DNA of 64,000 bases from Chrysomallon squamiferum (GCA_012295275.1 CM022672.1:23064001-23128000); one strand, 5' to 3'; counted from the stretch's first letter, positions 1 through 15,551 are shown. Notes: generated by a model not told the origin, from the letters alone. A program made the numbers and translations.

Positions 1-3000
1 AAATAATCCTGAATTCTTCTGTGCCTTGTAGTTTCAGAAGTGCGTCTGAACGGACGTCATACAAACTCTTTGTCTACTACTGACTGACAGACAAATAAAA
101 AAAGAAAGACATACAGGAAATCCTCACTGACCCATATCAGTTTAAGTAACACGAAACTACTACAGTGGTGATATTCTCCAACAAGTGTTTAAAATGTTAA
201 ATCCATTCATACAGTTTGTATAAGATGTTATATTTCACACTGCTGCTTCCCTTAATTTTCTGTTACACTCGTAACAGGTGTAAAATTTCAATGTTTGAGG
301 TAAATAACTTTATCTGCACGTTCAACTAACTGTATACAAACATTTTTAGAAATGAAATATGTTTGATAAAGCCTTCGATATGGTAATAAATAAAAATGTG
401 TAGGAACATATTTCAAACTTTTAATCTAAAGTCAGGGAATATGTTTTTTTAATTGTTAGAAGTGAGAGAATGTAGTTTCAAATTGTGATTTTGATAAAAA
501 ATGTCACCCAGAAGCAAATGAAGATGCAGGAGTAGGTTTTGAAATTGTTATTCAGAAATAAGAGAATATGTTTTGAAAATATTGCCCAGAAATGGACTAA
601 ACATTTTCAGTTAGCAGAATAGATCTTTGATATTCACCTTCTCATATATATGAAAATATTTCTTTTTGTAAACCACTTGTTAGACACTGACTGGAGTAAT
701 ACTGTATCTAGTGGCAGATCATTAACTAGAGAGACAAACAGACAGGATGACAACAGTGGGATATTATTAGAACAGCTGAAAATAGAGCATTACATGTACA
801 CTGAATTTTAATGTTTTATTTTAATTTCCCATTTATGATTATAATAGAAAACTAATAAACAAACAAACAACAACAACAACAACAACAATAACAACAAAAA
901 AAATGAAAATTAGCAATACCCCAGTAAAAAACAAACAAAAACAAAAAAAAAAAAAAAAAAAAAAAAAATCCTAACCCTCCTTCCCCGAGAAAACGACAAT
1001 AAAAATAAAATATCAATCTATTTTCAACTATAATACAAGTTTTTCTTTACTAATTTAAATTTATTTACACGGGTATGAAAGAAATGTTTGTCCGCGTTGA
1101 CAAAATCTTTCAGATGTGGTCTTGCTTATATCAAATTACTCAAATGACAAATGACAGCAACGTTACGTCATGTATCAGATGACAGATTACTCAATAATCT
1201 TGAAAACTTTGTTGTTACCTGTTTTCACTGATAAGTCATTTATCATGAAGAAGCATGTAGCTGAACAATATTTGAAGTATATCAGTATGAAATAAAAATA
1301 TCGTTGTTATTCGTTATAAATGTTTAAATTAAATATACTGTTTTTTAAATTAAAATTTCATACAGATACAACTTGAGGTATTCAGTATAATATACCCGTC
1401 TTGTATTCAAAATAATAATAAAAAAAATAAAATAAAATATTAGAAAACAAAGGAAAACAAAAAGTGAATCTGTAATACTAATAATGAAATAAAAAAACAA
1501 GAACAAAACACCCCCACAAAAAAAAAAAAACAACGAAAAACAAAAACCATTAATAAAACAAACAAACAAAAAACGTTAAAGGAAAATACATGGGAAAAGG
1601 CACCAAAAATTTATTAATGTATACTTTTTGGAGTGTTGGCAAAAGTTGTCTGTAAATTAATATAAATTTACATCCTTTGAGAAGAATATCTCGTCTTTCT
1701 AGTGATCTGCGATCATCTGCCCCTGCTCATATTAGCATGTCACGGTGATTTAACAAGTGCATCTGAATTACTTTCATTTTATATCATTTCGTAAAAAGAA
1801 TGTAAAAAAAAAAAAAAATCACAGTAGAAAAAACAAAACTAAAACATCCATTGTAGATCTACATATTCATTTATAATACATGTAAATTATAATACATATT
1901 GATAACTTATACAGTCTTATTAATTTTTTTTTAATTTAATTTTTTTTTTTTTATATTTTGTATCAAGCTGCTAATATAATTTTCATTAACAGAAAGAGCT
2001 TAATATTTTATATTTAAACATCTAGAAAGAAAACAAAAAAACTTTTTTTTTTTTAATTAAATTTACAAAATAACCCCGATTTATTTGAACACATTATGAA
2101 ATGTAGAATTTAAATTGTGTATTCAAAATTTTATTTAATAAAAAGAATGTTTAGATAACAAGGAAACTCTAGTAATAACTACGCATTCACTGGGTGGCAC
2201 TCACTTTATTGACCCAGAGTTAATATAATTTATACTTTCTACACTTAATAATAACAATCTACCACTCTGGCTTTCTATATGATAAAACCAAAATGATTTT
2301 ATGTTGCATTATGTAGACCGAGTTATATCAGTTTTTATTTTTTTTAAACCCCCATCATTTAATACTGAACATGTACAGCCTCATTGCTTTGTAAAAATAC
2401 GTGATCCGAGTATGTCACGTAAACATGGTAAACAAAAACACATGACACAGCAGACATCTTTGGACTACTTACACAGAATTTAATTACTGCGTCCAGCTGC
2501 GAAAATATACAATTTTTTATTTCTTACTTTCATTAACAGTATAGCAGAAAACTGCATGTATGTTATTGCTATCTAAACTGTTTTTAAAAGTACTCATTGC
2601 AGCAAAATGAAGCGGCGTTTGTCAGACCTTCGTATTGAAAAATGAAATTCTATTCCTTAAATGTTCGTTTTGTTGCAAGTTTATCAAATGGCCCTAAGCA
2701 GAAAAAGAAAAATGAGAGGAGGAGAAAAGGAAAATGTGAATGAAAGGTGAAGACATGTCAGGGTATTTGTTGCCGTCCCATTGAAAACATGTTTTTGTGG
2801 CAAATGAGAAAATTCATACTTCATAGCATGCTTTTAGCTCTAGTGTCATGGAACAGTGACTGTGACTACGTTAGTGTGCAGTATACATCCGAATCAACAA
2901 ACCAAAGCATTACAGTATGAAACTGAATCAAAAAAGGTTTTGGAAACATCATCTGTATATATTAAATTACTTATCTGTCAGTTCTTAAGCTATCAGATTT

Positions 3001-3364
3001 GACACAACAACCACCCATTGACAGATCCATGAATGAAATTTTACATTCTGAGTTTAAAAAACTTTAGGTTACTGATTCAGGACTATCAAATTTGGGAACC
3101 TGCTAAGTAATAAAAAAAGTAATATTTGGGTAACTGTGTTTGGGGTAGGGCTAAGGAACAGATTTTCCATTCAGTTCAGCATATTGAATTAAACCTTTAC
3201 ATATGTGATCAACGAGCTATTAGAATTTTGATAAAGCAAAGAAAACAAAATCACAACAGACTGTAACAAATAGAGCTAATAGCATGTATTAGAATTTAGG
3301 ATTATTACTTGAAGTAAATCCCCAGCAATGACATTTTGGCTAGTATATACTTAAAAAAAACTAC

Positions 3365-3417
<53 letters not shown>

Positions 3418-4229
3418 TAATAATCATAATAATAAAAATAATAATAATAATAATGAGAACCCCACACAAAAACCGCCAACAAAAGGAAACAAAAACAAAA
3501 TAAAACGTGACAACAACAAAACGTTTCTGCACTCTCCCAAAATGAACACATCCACTAACATTAAAAAAAAAGATAATAACAATAACAACAACAACAACAA
3601 CAATAACAGTAGGAATGTTTGTAAAGTTATTCTAATTAAAGCATCTCTAGTTTAAAATTTTTATTTAAAACATTTAGATACATTTAAATCAGTTTACATC
3701 ATGAGCATCTGCCTAGCAAAAATGACCTGAAGCCAATAAAATCAGTCTTTACAATTCTTGTTTTTATCCAATGAAATAATGTCTTACAAAACCACTGAGA
3801 TAATGACTGATATTGAAAGAACAAACATGGATGGTCATTTCATTAATCTGTCGCCATCCTTCACCTAATGAAATGTACCCAACTGGACAGCACTAAATTA
3901 AACAACTGTGCCTCTAGCTATAAAAATTTGGTGAAGCAGCAGCTGAAAGCCGAATCAGTGTCTTGTCAATACAGTGTCAACTTTGGTACCTTTGATTAAC
4001 CCTTCAATTCGGACATAATGACACCTTTAGAAAAGGGTGTTGTAAATTAGACATACTTGCCAGAAACTAATGTAGCATATGATACATGGTATGGTGAACA
4101 AACTAGATTTGTGGTAGTTATGTTATTTCGCATTAACATTTCACACTCAAACTGTGATGTAATTATTATTATTGCTGTGACAGGAGCTCTGTTGAGCATT
4201 TTATAACTGTTTAAATACTGAATTGTGCA

Positions 4230-4800
4230 TCAGTGCTTAGAAATATTTGTCTGAGAAATGTTAGGGTGTAGGATTGATCCTTCTTTCAGAAACATGTGAG
4301 CTATTTGTTTTTTTCACCCCCTAGTAATGCTATCTGAAGATTATCAAAGACTGTGATATGAGTCTGACAGTTTCAGTATATTATTTATTTATATTTATCT
4401 TCTGCAAAAGTCAAGTTTATGACAGATAATAATAATAATAATAAAAAAAAAAAAAACTTATAAATAAATTTATAAAAATAAAACCCCTCTCCAAAGCATT
4501 TTTATACATAAAAAAAGAGATGAAGAAAAACAGTCATATTTGAAGAGAGAAATTTAATAATAAACGTTTTACCACACCTCACAATTTTTTTTTTTACACA
4601 TCTTACTGGTTTTTAGACGTCTCTTTAATATCCAGTCCTGATGTTAGCGAGAAAACCAGTTACAATTATCCCATGAGCTACTGAACAGTTAGCAGCAAAA
4701 TAACTATCAAATTCACCTTCCCATAGACAGTGCAACCTACAGAACAATCTTGGATAAATTAGTCATAAGGTTCTGGGTAGAATGGGAAACGGTAAGAAGG
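4230..4800. mobile_element. Two degenerate SINE-like fragments, ~4230-4370 (+) and ~4620-4800 (-)
   Basis: The reverse complement of 4689-4728 (gtctatgggaaggtgaatttgatagttattttgctgctaa) matches 12666-12703 (cctatgggaaggtgcatattaacgatcacttgctgcta). The + copy has a B-box-like aggattgatcc. It resembles, from memory, a gastropod tRNA-derived SINE. Boundaries are approximate. Confidence 0.45.
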
Positions 4801-7800
4801 ATTATCCTCCATCATGCATCAGATCTGGGCACTACTTCAGAGCAACAGCCTGAAGAAAGATGATTTTCTACAACTGAAAATATGACAGCAGTTCCACCCA
4901 TTATCATGTAGATGTGTATGTTACAGGCGTGAACACGTGAAAATAAATTTGCCAACAACGTCTGAGTTCCAGACTTCCTCTTCAGTAAAACTCTGCCTTC
5001 GAGCTTATTTTTAGAACATGATCTATTAAAGATCTGTGCTTTTTTTGTTGACAAGATGGGTATATTGAACACCGCGAAGTCAAACAATATCAGACGCATT
5101 TCTAAACATTTAGCCTTCATTTATCAGCACTTGCCACTGAGCAGCCTGAACAACCATTTGCAGTTATAGAAATAGTGACTACAGTTTCCAAACAACCTTG
5201 CAGGCAGAATCCTTTTGGTTGGTAAATGACTTCACAGCACACAGCAAACAAACAAATGAAAAAGATGGATTGGGTAATACATAGCTTTTTGTTATGGCTG
5301 TTGTACACGGTGTTTTTGCTTTTGGAACCTTGTTTTCAATAACAAAGTCAAATTAGACGAACCACATCATGCAAAGGTTAAATTAAAAAGTAATGAAAGT
5401 GAGTAATAATATATGTGTGTGAAATATGTAGCTTTTATTATTATTTTATGTTCATTTCTAAAAGAAGAAGAAGAAGAAGGCGAAGAACGAGAAAATGATA
5501 ACCATGAAGAAGATGAGGAAATAACAAAAATAAATCAGGTCAACATTAATAAATTACTCAACATTTATAAATACAAAAATAATTTTCTCTTTATATTCTT
5601 AGAAACAACTTAAAACAGTTAATAAAATGAAATCAGTAAATGTTAAGTTTGTTATTAATATGTTTTCTATATTCAGTACCATATAACCCAAGTATCCAGG
5701 CCACAGATGTTTTTTTTTTCGTCTATGGTTACATATAAAATGATATTTGATCATAATTGTCAGTTGAAGCCAAAAGGATAACAGCAATATATTTTTTTTT
5801 TTTTGTTTCTTTTTTTTTTTTTTTTATGATTTATATTCGTATATAATAAAAATAAACTTTAGATCTTTAACTGTTATTAATTTGTTGAATTTGTTAATAA
5901 TTAAATTATAAAATCAGAAACTGCTGTAACTTGAAAAAAAATAATACTTTTTTAATCTTTGTGCAGTAATAAATAACAGTTAATACATCTTTGTACAGAC
6001 ATTAATTTTAAGACGCAATTCTTTATTATTTTGAGAAAGTGTATCTTACAGATATGTCGACCCATTGTATGAAGCGAATCTCTGGTTTATTTTTCAATTA
6101 AACAGTTCACGACTAATTACTGTGATGGATGTTCTGTTGTGTTTTAATTTACGTAGAATTTTGCGCAGTTGTCTATCTACCTATATAAGACAAGGTGGGG
6201 GGGGGGATATATACCTGGTATATCAAACACAAGTGCACAGGCTGAAATGGTGATATTCACTAAGTGATCCTGTGACCCATGATCCCTAACATAGACATTA
6301 AACTGCATTCTATACTTCCATTCCGTTTAACCAGAATAATATTTAAACGTAATATCTACAAAGCTTGCTAGAATTTCACGAGAAAAGATTTTCGGTTTCC
6401 TTTATTGCTAAACACTGCTATAATTATTCTTACACATTATGTGTTAAACTATTAGGTTTCTTTTAAATATCCATAAAGCTGATATAAGTGGTAATTTGTA
6501 CTTACTAAGTGTAAATTTTGTTTTCTTTATCGTTCTCTTTTTTTTCTCTCTCTTTTTTTACTATTGTTTTTTTGTTTTTTTTTTTTTCTTTAACGAAATA
6601 ATATTTCTTTCTATTACGGCAGCGCCTTCAAAGACATGACATTTGTTACTTAAGTTGGCACACGTTTGAATCTTGTTCCCTCTTTCTTCTGAAGAGCATT
6701 GAATTCTTTTAATCTAAAACTTAACATTTTTATGTCAGAAATCTTTACAGTATACGATTCACTTATCGTTTTCAAAGTATTTTGTAATTTGCACAAAATA
6801 GCTTCGACGTTCTTTCCACTTTTTGTTTCCACTCCACTCATAAAGAATTATGAAAGAGGAGCCAGATTTATCAGCAAGCCTATTTGTTAGGTTTATAACT
6901 TCTACGAAGTTGCTTTATTCTCAATCACCTAACATTTTAGAATATCCCAGTTAATTAAGTTTCTTTTTACATTTTGAAGGGCGGTTAAATACTCGTTTCT
7001 TTCTGTTTTTCTTTATTCTGAAAGTACTTTATTATAAATACGATCGAAAGAAAATAAGCAATTTGCTGCACTGTGCTAAAGACAGCGAGTGGGTGTAAAG
7101 AAAACAGTTAAAAAAAGAATTAGTAATTTAGTAATCTATGTAAATGTACACAACGTTTTCAAGCTTTTTAAACAACATATCTGTGGGTTTAGGTTTGGCA
7201 AAATATTTTTAATAATTTACTGATCAGTAAACAATTCTTATTTTAGGTAACTGTTGGGTTTTAGCTGTTTTTTCTTAGTAATATCTGTAGGTGATGTTAT
7301 TGAATATTAAGGCGTTTAGGGCATAATTACATCTTTAACAGAACTGAGAATCAGCGTGGGTCCCGGAACCGTGATTATAGAACTGGAGGTCAGTCTGCAT
7401 TTGTCTCTAGTATTTTTAATATATACAATGTCATTGCGATTAAACACTGGTGCATGGACCCCTATTTAACGAACTTCATCTAATATTATTTGGTGATGCT
7501 CAGTTTCAGCGTCATAATAATTTCTGAGAATGAATTAAATGTTTAACAATACTTTAACTCATTTCAGTTTTAATATTCATTTTGTGTGATTTTTACAATG
7601 AAACCCTTGCTATCATTATTATGTGGGTTATTCTTAAGATCAAATAGGTGATACACAAAAACTGGTGATGACGTACAATGGGAATTTTTTCATATAAATA
7701 TTAAACACACATTTTGGTAGACAGGAAAGCACACACAGGCCTTTAATACATCACTTGTGTGTTTGGCTGCACCTAATCATACATACTGAAATATTTTGTT

Positions 7801-8409
7801 TCTTTTGGCACAGATGACATTAATGTCTTGAACAATTTTTATAACTGTCTGTTTTTAATGAAACGAAACCCTAAGATGCAAAGAAATTCTAATTCTTAGA
7901 CAGGATTTGTATTAGTCATAGCAGAAATTGTTAGGCAAGATCCTCTATTCCACAAATATTTTATTACATTCCTCAAATGCATTATGAAAATATATTAATT
8001 TTTATGCTAAGTCTCATATGTCTATAGTCGCACCTGAAAAGCCACGGACCAAAGGATCAAGCCTTTTAGTTGGGTTATTTCCATTATATTTGCATAAGAC
8101 AGTTATGTTAGTGATATAAGGCGTACCTCGCCTGTGAGCTTGGCTTAGAGTTAGGATACAATAAGCAGCAGATTACAATTCCAATAGCTGTCAGAAATAA
8201 TCTCGGTGATACGACCAATGCGCCTCTGAGCTAAATTTCAACCCTGAGCAGTTCTTATTTTTACTAGAATTTAAAAAAAAAGCCATCTTGTTGAAGAAAT
8301 CACCATTTTTTACATCTGGTTGCTTTCAGAATGAAAAGAAAGGAAGTAAACGTCTTTTCAACGCGTTTCTTGAGGAGGAGGTTTTAGTTAATTACTGCTA
8401 ATTAATTAT

Positions 8410-8720
8410 CAGAACGTTCTCTTGCCACGAACTGCTGCAGCATTTCCAGCAGAAGTGAAAAGACTTGTTATGTGCATTTCCACACACACACTTTTACAGT
8501 ACTGTCATTCTTAATGCGGAATGTGGGCTGTAGAACGGTAGTTTGAAGCGAGCACGAAGTATGACTGGCTTCAGGATCAATCCGAGTGTTCAGGTTTATC
8601 AATGATAGTGGTATGTGTTCCCCTCTTTATGAAAAAAAACAACAACAACAACATGTAACAGATTCCTTTCGCTAAACAGACAGAGTGACAGAAGGTATTT
8701 TTCTGTCTGACTGTCAAAAC
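8410..8720. mobile_element. Degenerate SINE-like fragments, head-to-head pair
   Basis: The + copy has caggatcaatcc (B-box-like), then gtggtatgtgttccc and agattcctttcgcta. An adjacent - copy reads ccagcagaagtgaaaagacttgttatgtgcatttccacacaca. It appears to be the same family as 4230-4800 and 12666-12703. Confidence 0.35.
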
Positions 8721-8741
8721 TTTAACTCTTCATATAGTTTT

Positions 8742-8791
<50 letters not shown>

Positions 8792-8970
8792 GCCAAGCAT
8801 ATCTATTTATATTATACACATACATCCACGCGCACTCAGATTTAAAAAAAAAAAAAAAAAATGGCAGAGAGAAACAGAAATGAAAATAAAATAAAAGACA
8901 AAGAGGGCGATATAGATAACTGATTACTAATTAGCAAAACAGATTTAAAAAAAATGAGATATAAATAGTC

Positions 8971-9116
<146 letters not shown>

Positions 9117-9937
9117 ATGTAAAGAACGATAATAATAAAATTAATATTTAACTCTAATTCTCTTAGAAGACTGTGACCACTGATCACTCAACTTTCCAAT
9201 GAGTATGACATGTTTATAAATAGTGCCAACAAGTCGTGCCTGTTTATAAACGCGATCACTTTCATAGTCTCTTAAAGGCTCCTTCAGTCTTGACTGGCTG
9301 CATTTTACATAGTTTGTTTTAGTCATGATAATCTCTTTCTTAGGAAGTCTCGCTCTTTCGTAATAGTGGCAAACTGCACTTCGGTCAATGTGGGTACGCT
9401 AAATCATCTTTGCTTTTGCCTAGGTCAGGTACCCTTCAAGATCAGTTCTCCATAATGGACTTTTCTAATGTAAGGGACTTAACTTCTCTGTAAACAATTT
9501 TTTTTTTAACTACGATGTAAACGACTTTCACCCAGGTTATTTCATCTGACGTGCTCGAAATATGTGGACTGATAATGACTTATTAAAATGGATTGTTTTT
9601 GAGATAAGAGAATTATTTTTGAGTACACAACGTGAAGCAAGTGTTGACAACTCTGTGTCGTAATTTATCTGATAAATAACATACACAAAACAGTGTCTGC
9701 TGTTGCAATGAAAGGAATGTCAGATTACTGCTAGTAATTATTTTAATCAGTCGCAGTTTAGATGTTGGTATGTCGATTGTTGAATACCTGTCTTATTTAG
9801 ATTAGACACCTGTACTCATAAAACAAATACCTATGCAACATAAAGAAGTAAAAATATCGGTGTTACGTGTTCAGGTACGCCTGACGTGTGTAATATAAGC
9901 ATTAGCACATGTTTACGTTTATGAGGGTATGTGTATG

Positions 9938-9971
<34 letters not shown>

Positions 9972-10468
9972 CGTACGTGTGATTGTCAGCGTGTCTGTTT
10001 TTGTGGAAAGGGAAGAAAGACGATTGTATTAGATAGAAAACTCAATATAGTTTTAGTGTACAGTGGCACGGTGTCATACAAACGACTACAGACCTTGCAG
10101 TTAAATTTTAAAAAAAAGTGAGAGCCGCCACATTGTGATTTCGTCTTCTGTTACCAGTCAGGTTTATTTTATATTCACTTTCTGTCTGTCTGTCTGTCTG
10201 TCTGCTTGTTTCTCTGAATCTCTCTAATGCGCACACACACTAGCAATAAACGAAAACTTAATACCTGAAATATATTATGTGATGGTTTGTTATTATTCAT
10301 TTATTTTGCATTTAAATTATTATGGAACCTTCTCTTCTTAAACATATAGTATATTTTATCCTTTTTTTTTTTGAGAAAAGCAAAAATCATTATAATTTTT
10401 CCCTAAAAATGAATTAATATTATAAATAAATAGAAGAATAAACAAACAAACAACAACAACAAACACCG

Positions 10469-10469
<1 letters not shown>

Positions 10470-10504
<35 letters not shown>

Positions 10505-10855
10505 TGATGATGATGATGATGATCATGAAGATGATGATGATGATGATGATGAAGAATGAAGATGATTTATAACAAATAAAAATAAAAAAAAAAAAAAAAA
10601 AATGTATCCAGATTTAGTTAAACATTTATTTATAACTAAATGAAAGCTGCAGTACAAGTGACTCTTTACTTATCGGATGAAAACACAGATATCTAGTCTT
10701 CATTCTGATCTAATATTATCACAGCAATACAGCATGAAAGAATCAGCCGCATGCTCTTGTCAGTCGTCATGATGATGGGAAAAACAAAATAATAATAATA
10801 AAAAAGAAAGTAAAATGAAAAAAATTTAAGAGAAGAAAAAGAAAGAAAGAAAGAA

Positions 10856-10903
<48 letters not shown>

Positions 10904-10923
10904 CATTTATGTATGTATGTATG

Positions 10924-10955
<32 letters not shown>

Positions 10956-11033
10956 GATATATGCGTGTTTGTATGTATTCATGTATGTACATGTGTGTGT
11001 GTATATGTGTGTGTATATATATATATATATATA
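10470..11033. repeat. Microsatellite cluster: (AAT)n, (GAT)n, (CA)n, (ATGT)n, (TA)n
   Basis: Directly visible; it explains the low-complexity ORFs in the track. Confidence 0.9.
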
Positions 11034-11648
11034 AAAACCATGTGAAAATTTCATATGTGAATAAATGTGCAAGCACTTGGTGAACGTTCTTCTTATCTTT
11101 GTTGTCAGTTGCTCCACTATTTATTTATATATTTATTTTATTTATTTTTGAAAATTATAATGAATCTCATTTCCTCTTGAATTTTATCCGTTAAGTCTTG
11201 GCTTGCCATTTTGTAAAATGTTTTTAAATAATTAGTTTCACTACTACTATTAATCATAATAGAAAAACTTTGGTGACCATAATGATAACTAATGTGTTAC
11301 ATAAGTTATTTCCCCTTATTAAAAGGCAATTTGTAAAGTGGACTCACAACAGAAAAATAATCGTTTTGATAGATCGGGATTACATGTACAGAACTATTTC
11401 ATTATTCCTTTTCCTTTCTGTTAAAGGGAAGGAACAATTAATATTACTATAAATGTACACGCTGGAATGACACTGTGATTCTTCTAATCACAGAGAAAAC
11501 AGTGATAACAGCAACAAAAATTAAAAATTAAACGAACAATTATTCTTTATTAAGAATGAACAGTTTTGATTATTTTCTATAAACAATGAATATTATATAA
11601 AAAATGTGCTATACATTAGCAGATAAATATTTAATCTGATAACTATAG

Positions 11649-11649
<1 letters not shown>

Positions 11650-11739
<90 letters not shown>
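11650..11739. repeat. (CA)n microsatellite
   Basis: Directly visible. Confidence 0.95.
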
Positions 11740-11741
<2 letters not shown>

Positions 11742-12248
11742 GCATACCCACACAGACATACGGAGTAACAAGATCCTAGCAAACAAACTTTGTTCGTTTA
11801 TTTATTTAATTAGAAAAAAAAAAGAACTTGTTTTTATATTTTTCCCATTTCAAAAGTGCCATAAATTTAATTTGTGTAATACCGCATTCAGTAATAAATT
11901 TAAAATAAATCTGTTTTGAAAAAAACAAAACAACAAACAACAAACAAATTAAATCCTTCCCTCAAAAAACAAACAAATTAAACAGTTGGCAAGAACCTTT
12001 GCGTTGTACTGGAATAAAATTAATTTCGAGTTTGCAGGTTATATCATACTTTTGTGACTCTATAGCGGCTGGGTGTTATTTACAGGAACGGAACAATCAG
12101 ATTTCCATTTGCAAATCTCATTAATATGCCTGACTCATAAAGAGTAGATATTTCGGAAAAAATAAAAGTAAATAAATAAATAAATAAATAAATAAATTAA
12201 CTGGTGACGCTGTAGGAATAACGGAAGTTGGATTTACCCATGTGTTAT

Positions 12249-12472
<224 letters not shown>

Positions 12473-14148
12473 ACTTTATTTAAACAGATTAATAGTATTT
12501 CTTCAGATTCATTAATACATAACAGTACTTCTTCCTTCTTTATTTGTTTTTATAAATTATCCTCTGACATAGAAAAATCTCCTTCTCATCATAAGATTAA
12601 CGTCATCTGTGAGGCAGTACATTTATCGTATTCTGTTCAAGACACTGTCTTTTTTTTCTTTCGAGCCTATGGGAAGGTGCATATTAACGATCACTTGCTG
12701 CTAGCCGAGAACAAACACAGCGTTTCAGCTTTTATTAATTCCATGTAACTAATATAATTAAAATATGTTTTTCAGTGCATATTTCGTTTTTTTTCCTTTT
12801 CTGTTTAAATAGTGATATTGCAAAAAAATATTTATCGTTTATTATTACCTTTGTCAGTTACGTGTGAGTACGAGTTTACGTGTCATAGGTAGATTTCACA
12901 CTGTGTTTGGAACAAGCGTGACACTTATTCAAACGTGTTTACCAAATGCTTTTACGTTATCGGTAAAGATAAGTGACAAAAAAAAAAAAATGAAAATGTA
13001 AGAGTGGAAATTTATTTATTTAACAACTGTGCTGAAATGATCATCCACCCCTGATATCAGAAGAATGTATATTTAATCTCTTGGATACTCGACACTTTTT
13101 CAAATTAAAATCGAAACTTTGAAATGTGGATAAGGAGGACGGCATATATTTATGTATCATTTAATAAAGCCTAACTGTATATTCAGTAAAAATGTTCCGC
13201 TCGTAATGTATTAAATGTAGATTTGTTTTCATGTAATTTCTTTTTTTTTATTCGTTCTATTTTTTTTATGTCACTACTATAGGCTATGTCATAATAAACC
13301 GACCAAAACGAAATATTTTGTTTTAATTAATCACCTTCTAAGAAAATCAAAGATAAAGATTTTCAAGTGATCTAACAATTCAGGTGCCTTGGTACCAGCG
13401 CCTCAGAATATATCCAACGGATGCAGATCCTTTGACATACTTGCACTGATTCTGACAGTATGTATGAATTGCTTCTTTAACCTTCCGACTGAACTGCAAT
13501 TAGATGCCTTTTCACAAGTATTTTAATCTGTTTTCAGTAATCGTCAACATTGGTTTTAACCAGATGGGTAAAATTCTTCAACTGGATTTCTTTTTCTTGT
13601 TTTTTTTTTTTTTTTTTTAGCGTGTAATTTAAATGGTCGTTCTATTATTAAACCACTACCTTCACAGTCTACTCCATCAAAAGCCCAACAACCCCGCCCA
13701 TACAAAACCTGAGAAGTGTTAATAAGAATGTTATTTGAATCTCCATTTGTTTCATTTCCTTTAGCGACGTCCGAAATTTACCTTGTCTGGCAGGTTCGAC
13801 TTCGCCGTGTACATGTTCCAGTATTTCACACTTTCAGCATAAACAAACGAGAAAAAAAAAAAAAACAGAAAGAAAAAAAAAAATCTTTGACTATCTGTGT
13901 TTGCCATTTGGGTGCTTTCCGACTTGTGGCACTTAAACATTAATGCATCTCTTTAACTTGTCAAACACGAGGCTGTATTTGTCGTGTACACTGTTTGCTT
14001 AGGTTTTCAAAAACTGTGGCTAGACACACTCTAGGAAATTGATTTCGTAAAGCCTCCAGCTACTGTTTGTATATTAAATGAAAATCAAAAGTCATTCCGT
14101 GCACTAAGCATTGCATAGGAAATGTCATCTCAGCTAATATTACCACAA

Positions 14149-14205
<57 letters not shown>

Positions 14206-14300
14206 GCCATTATTATTATTTTTGTTGTTGTTATTATTATTATATTATTATTGATATTTATTTATTTATGTATTATTATTATTGTTGTTGTTGTTGTTGC
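14149..14300. repeat. (ATT)n/(GTT)n microsatellite
   Basis: Directly visible; it is the source of the poly-Ile ORF. Confidence 0.9.
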
Positions 14301-14700
14301 TTCTGTTATTAGTATTTACAAATTGGTTCATGCATTAATGCTCAGTTTGTTAATCGTCACAAGATTTATATCTTTACCAATAAAACGGTTCAATAAAATT
14401 ATTGTAACTAATAACTGTAATTTTTATTATATAATCAGAAAATATTAGCATCATTTTAAACATATGTCTCTATTTATTCAATTTATTTATTACAGTATTT
14501 GTAATTTATTACATATTTGATAATGCTACCTATATGAATGAAAAGAGAAATAAAAATTTGTTCTTTTTTTCAATACATTAAGATGCAAAATAATAAATTA
14601 TAGTTTAGTCTAATACAATACTACGAGAACAAGCATAACGTAATATTTCGATAACTTTAATGGGCCGTTGTATATTTATTTGTTATAAAGTATTATAACG

Positions 14701-14746
14701 TTGAAAATTTAGATAATATATATTTAAATATTATCTAAATTTTCAA
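14701..14746. repeat. Perfect 19-bp inverted repeat with 8-nt spacer
   Basis: ttgaaaatttagataatat (14701-14719) and atattatctaaattttcaa (14728-14746) are exact reverse complements. Confidence 0.9.
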
Positions 14747-15551
14747 AAATATATACTTTCCATTCATTTTCAGTGATTTATAAAATCCTTAACATAATTA
14801 TATCGACAGACGGCAAGATGTAGAAGCACACTGCACTTTTCACATTACCGTTAAATACAGTGGGTTGTAATTAATGCATTAGAACGCAAACATGTATTAC
14901 TTATACACCGTATATCACATTTAACAGCTTATTTATTTCTTGCATAATCAATTCTGGAAAGACTATATTTTTAAAAGACACCTGCTTTATTTTAAAAGTA
15001 TATTTTGGCACCGATAATCGTAAACATAGACGTATAACAGATTAGAGAAAACAGCTCATGACAATCGTCATAAATCATAGAGAAAATCGTTTAACACTCA
15101 GTGACAAGGCGGTAATTTGTCTTGGCTGAAAATAAAAAAATATGTTAGTACAATTACAAAAAGTATAGGATTAAATATCGTCTATAAAATATACGTTAAT
15201 ATGTTCTGGATAATTTGTAGTGTTTATTACAGAAAGACTAAGGCAAAAACAAAAACAAAAAAAACCCCATTAATTAAATGCAGATTTTAAGGCTGCTGGA
15301 GTTGTGCTAGTACTTACAGAAAGATTACGGTAATTTTAATTAATCATAGATATTAGAATATATACTGAAATTTGTAGGTTATAGAAAACAGTTTGAATTA
15401 ATCATATATCTACAGTTATCTGCTTATTTGCCTCAATTTCCTATAGATACTGAATGAATTCGTTTACGGTTACCGTTTGAAGTCTACCGACCCTTCGCCC
15501 AAATTTTTAAAAGTGTTTTTGCTCCATTTCAAAAAGTCTGGTTACATCCAT

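Noticed and set aside
400-610. Faint ~30-bp periodicity (cagaa...gagaatatgttttgaaattgtt)
   Set aside because: Too degenerate to define a unit reliably by eye.
4812-6890. Minus-strand ORFs of 102 aa (4812-5120) and 63 aa (6650-6841)
   Set aside because: No recognisable domain and no convincing splice sites.
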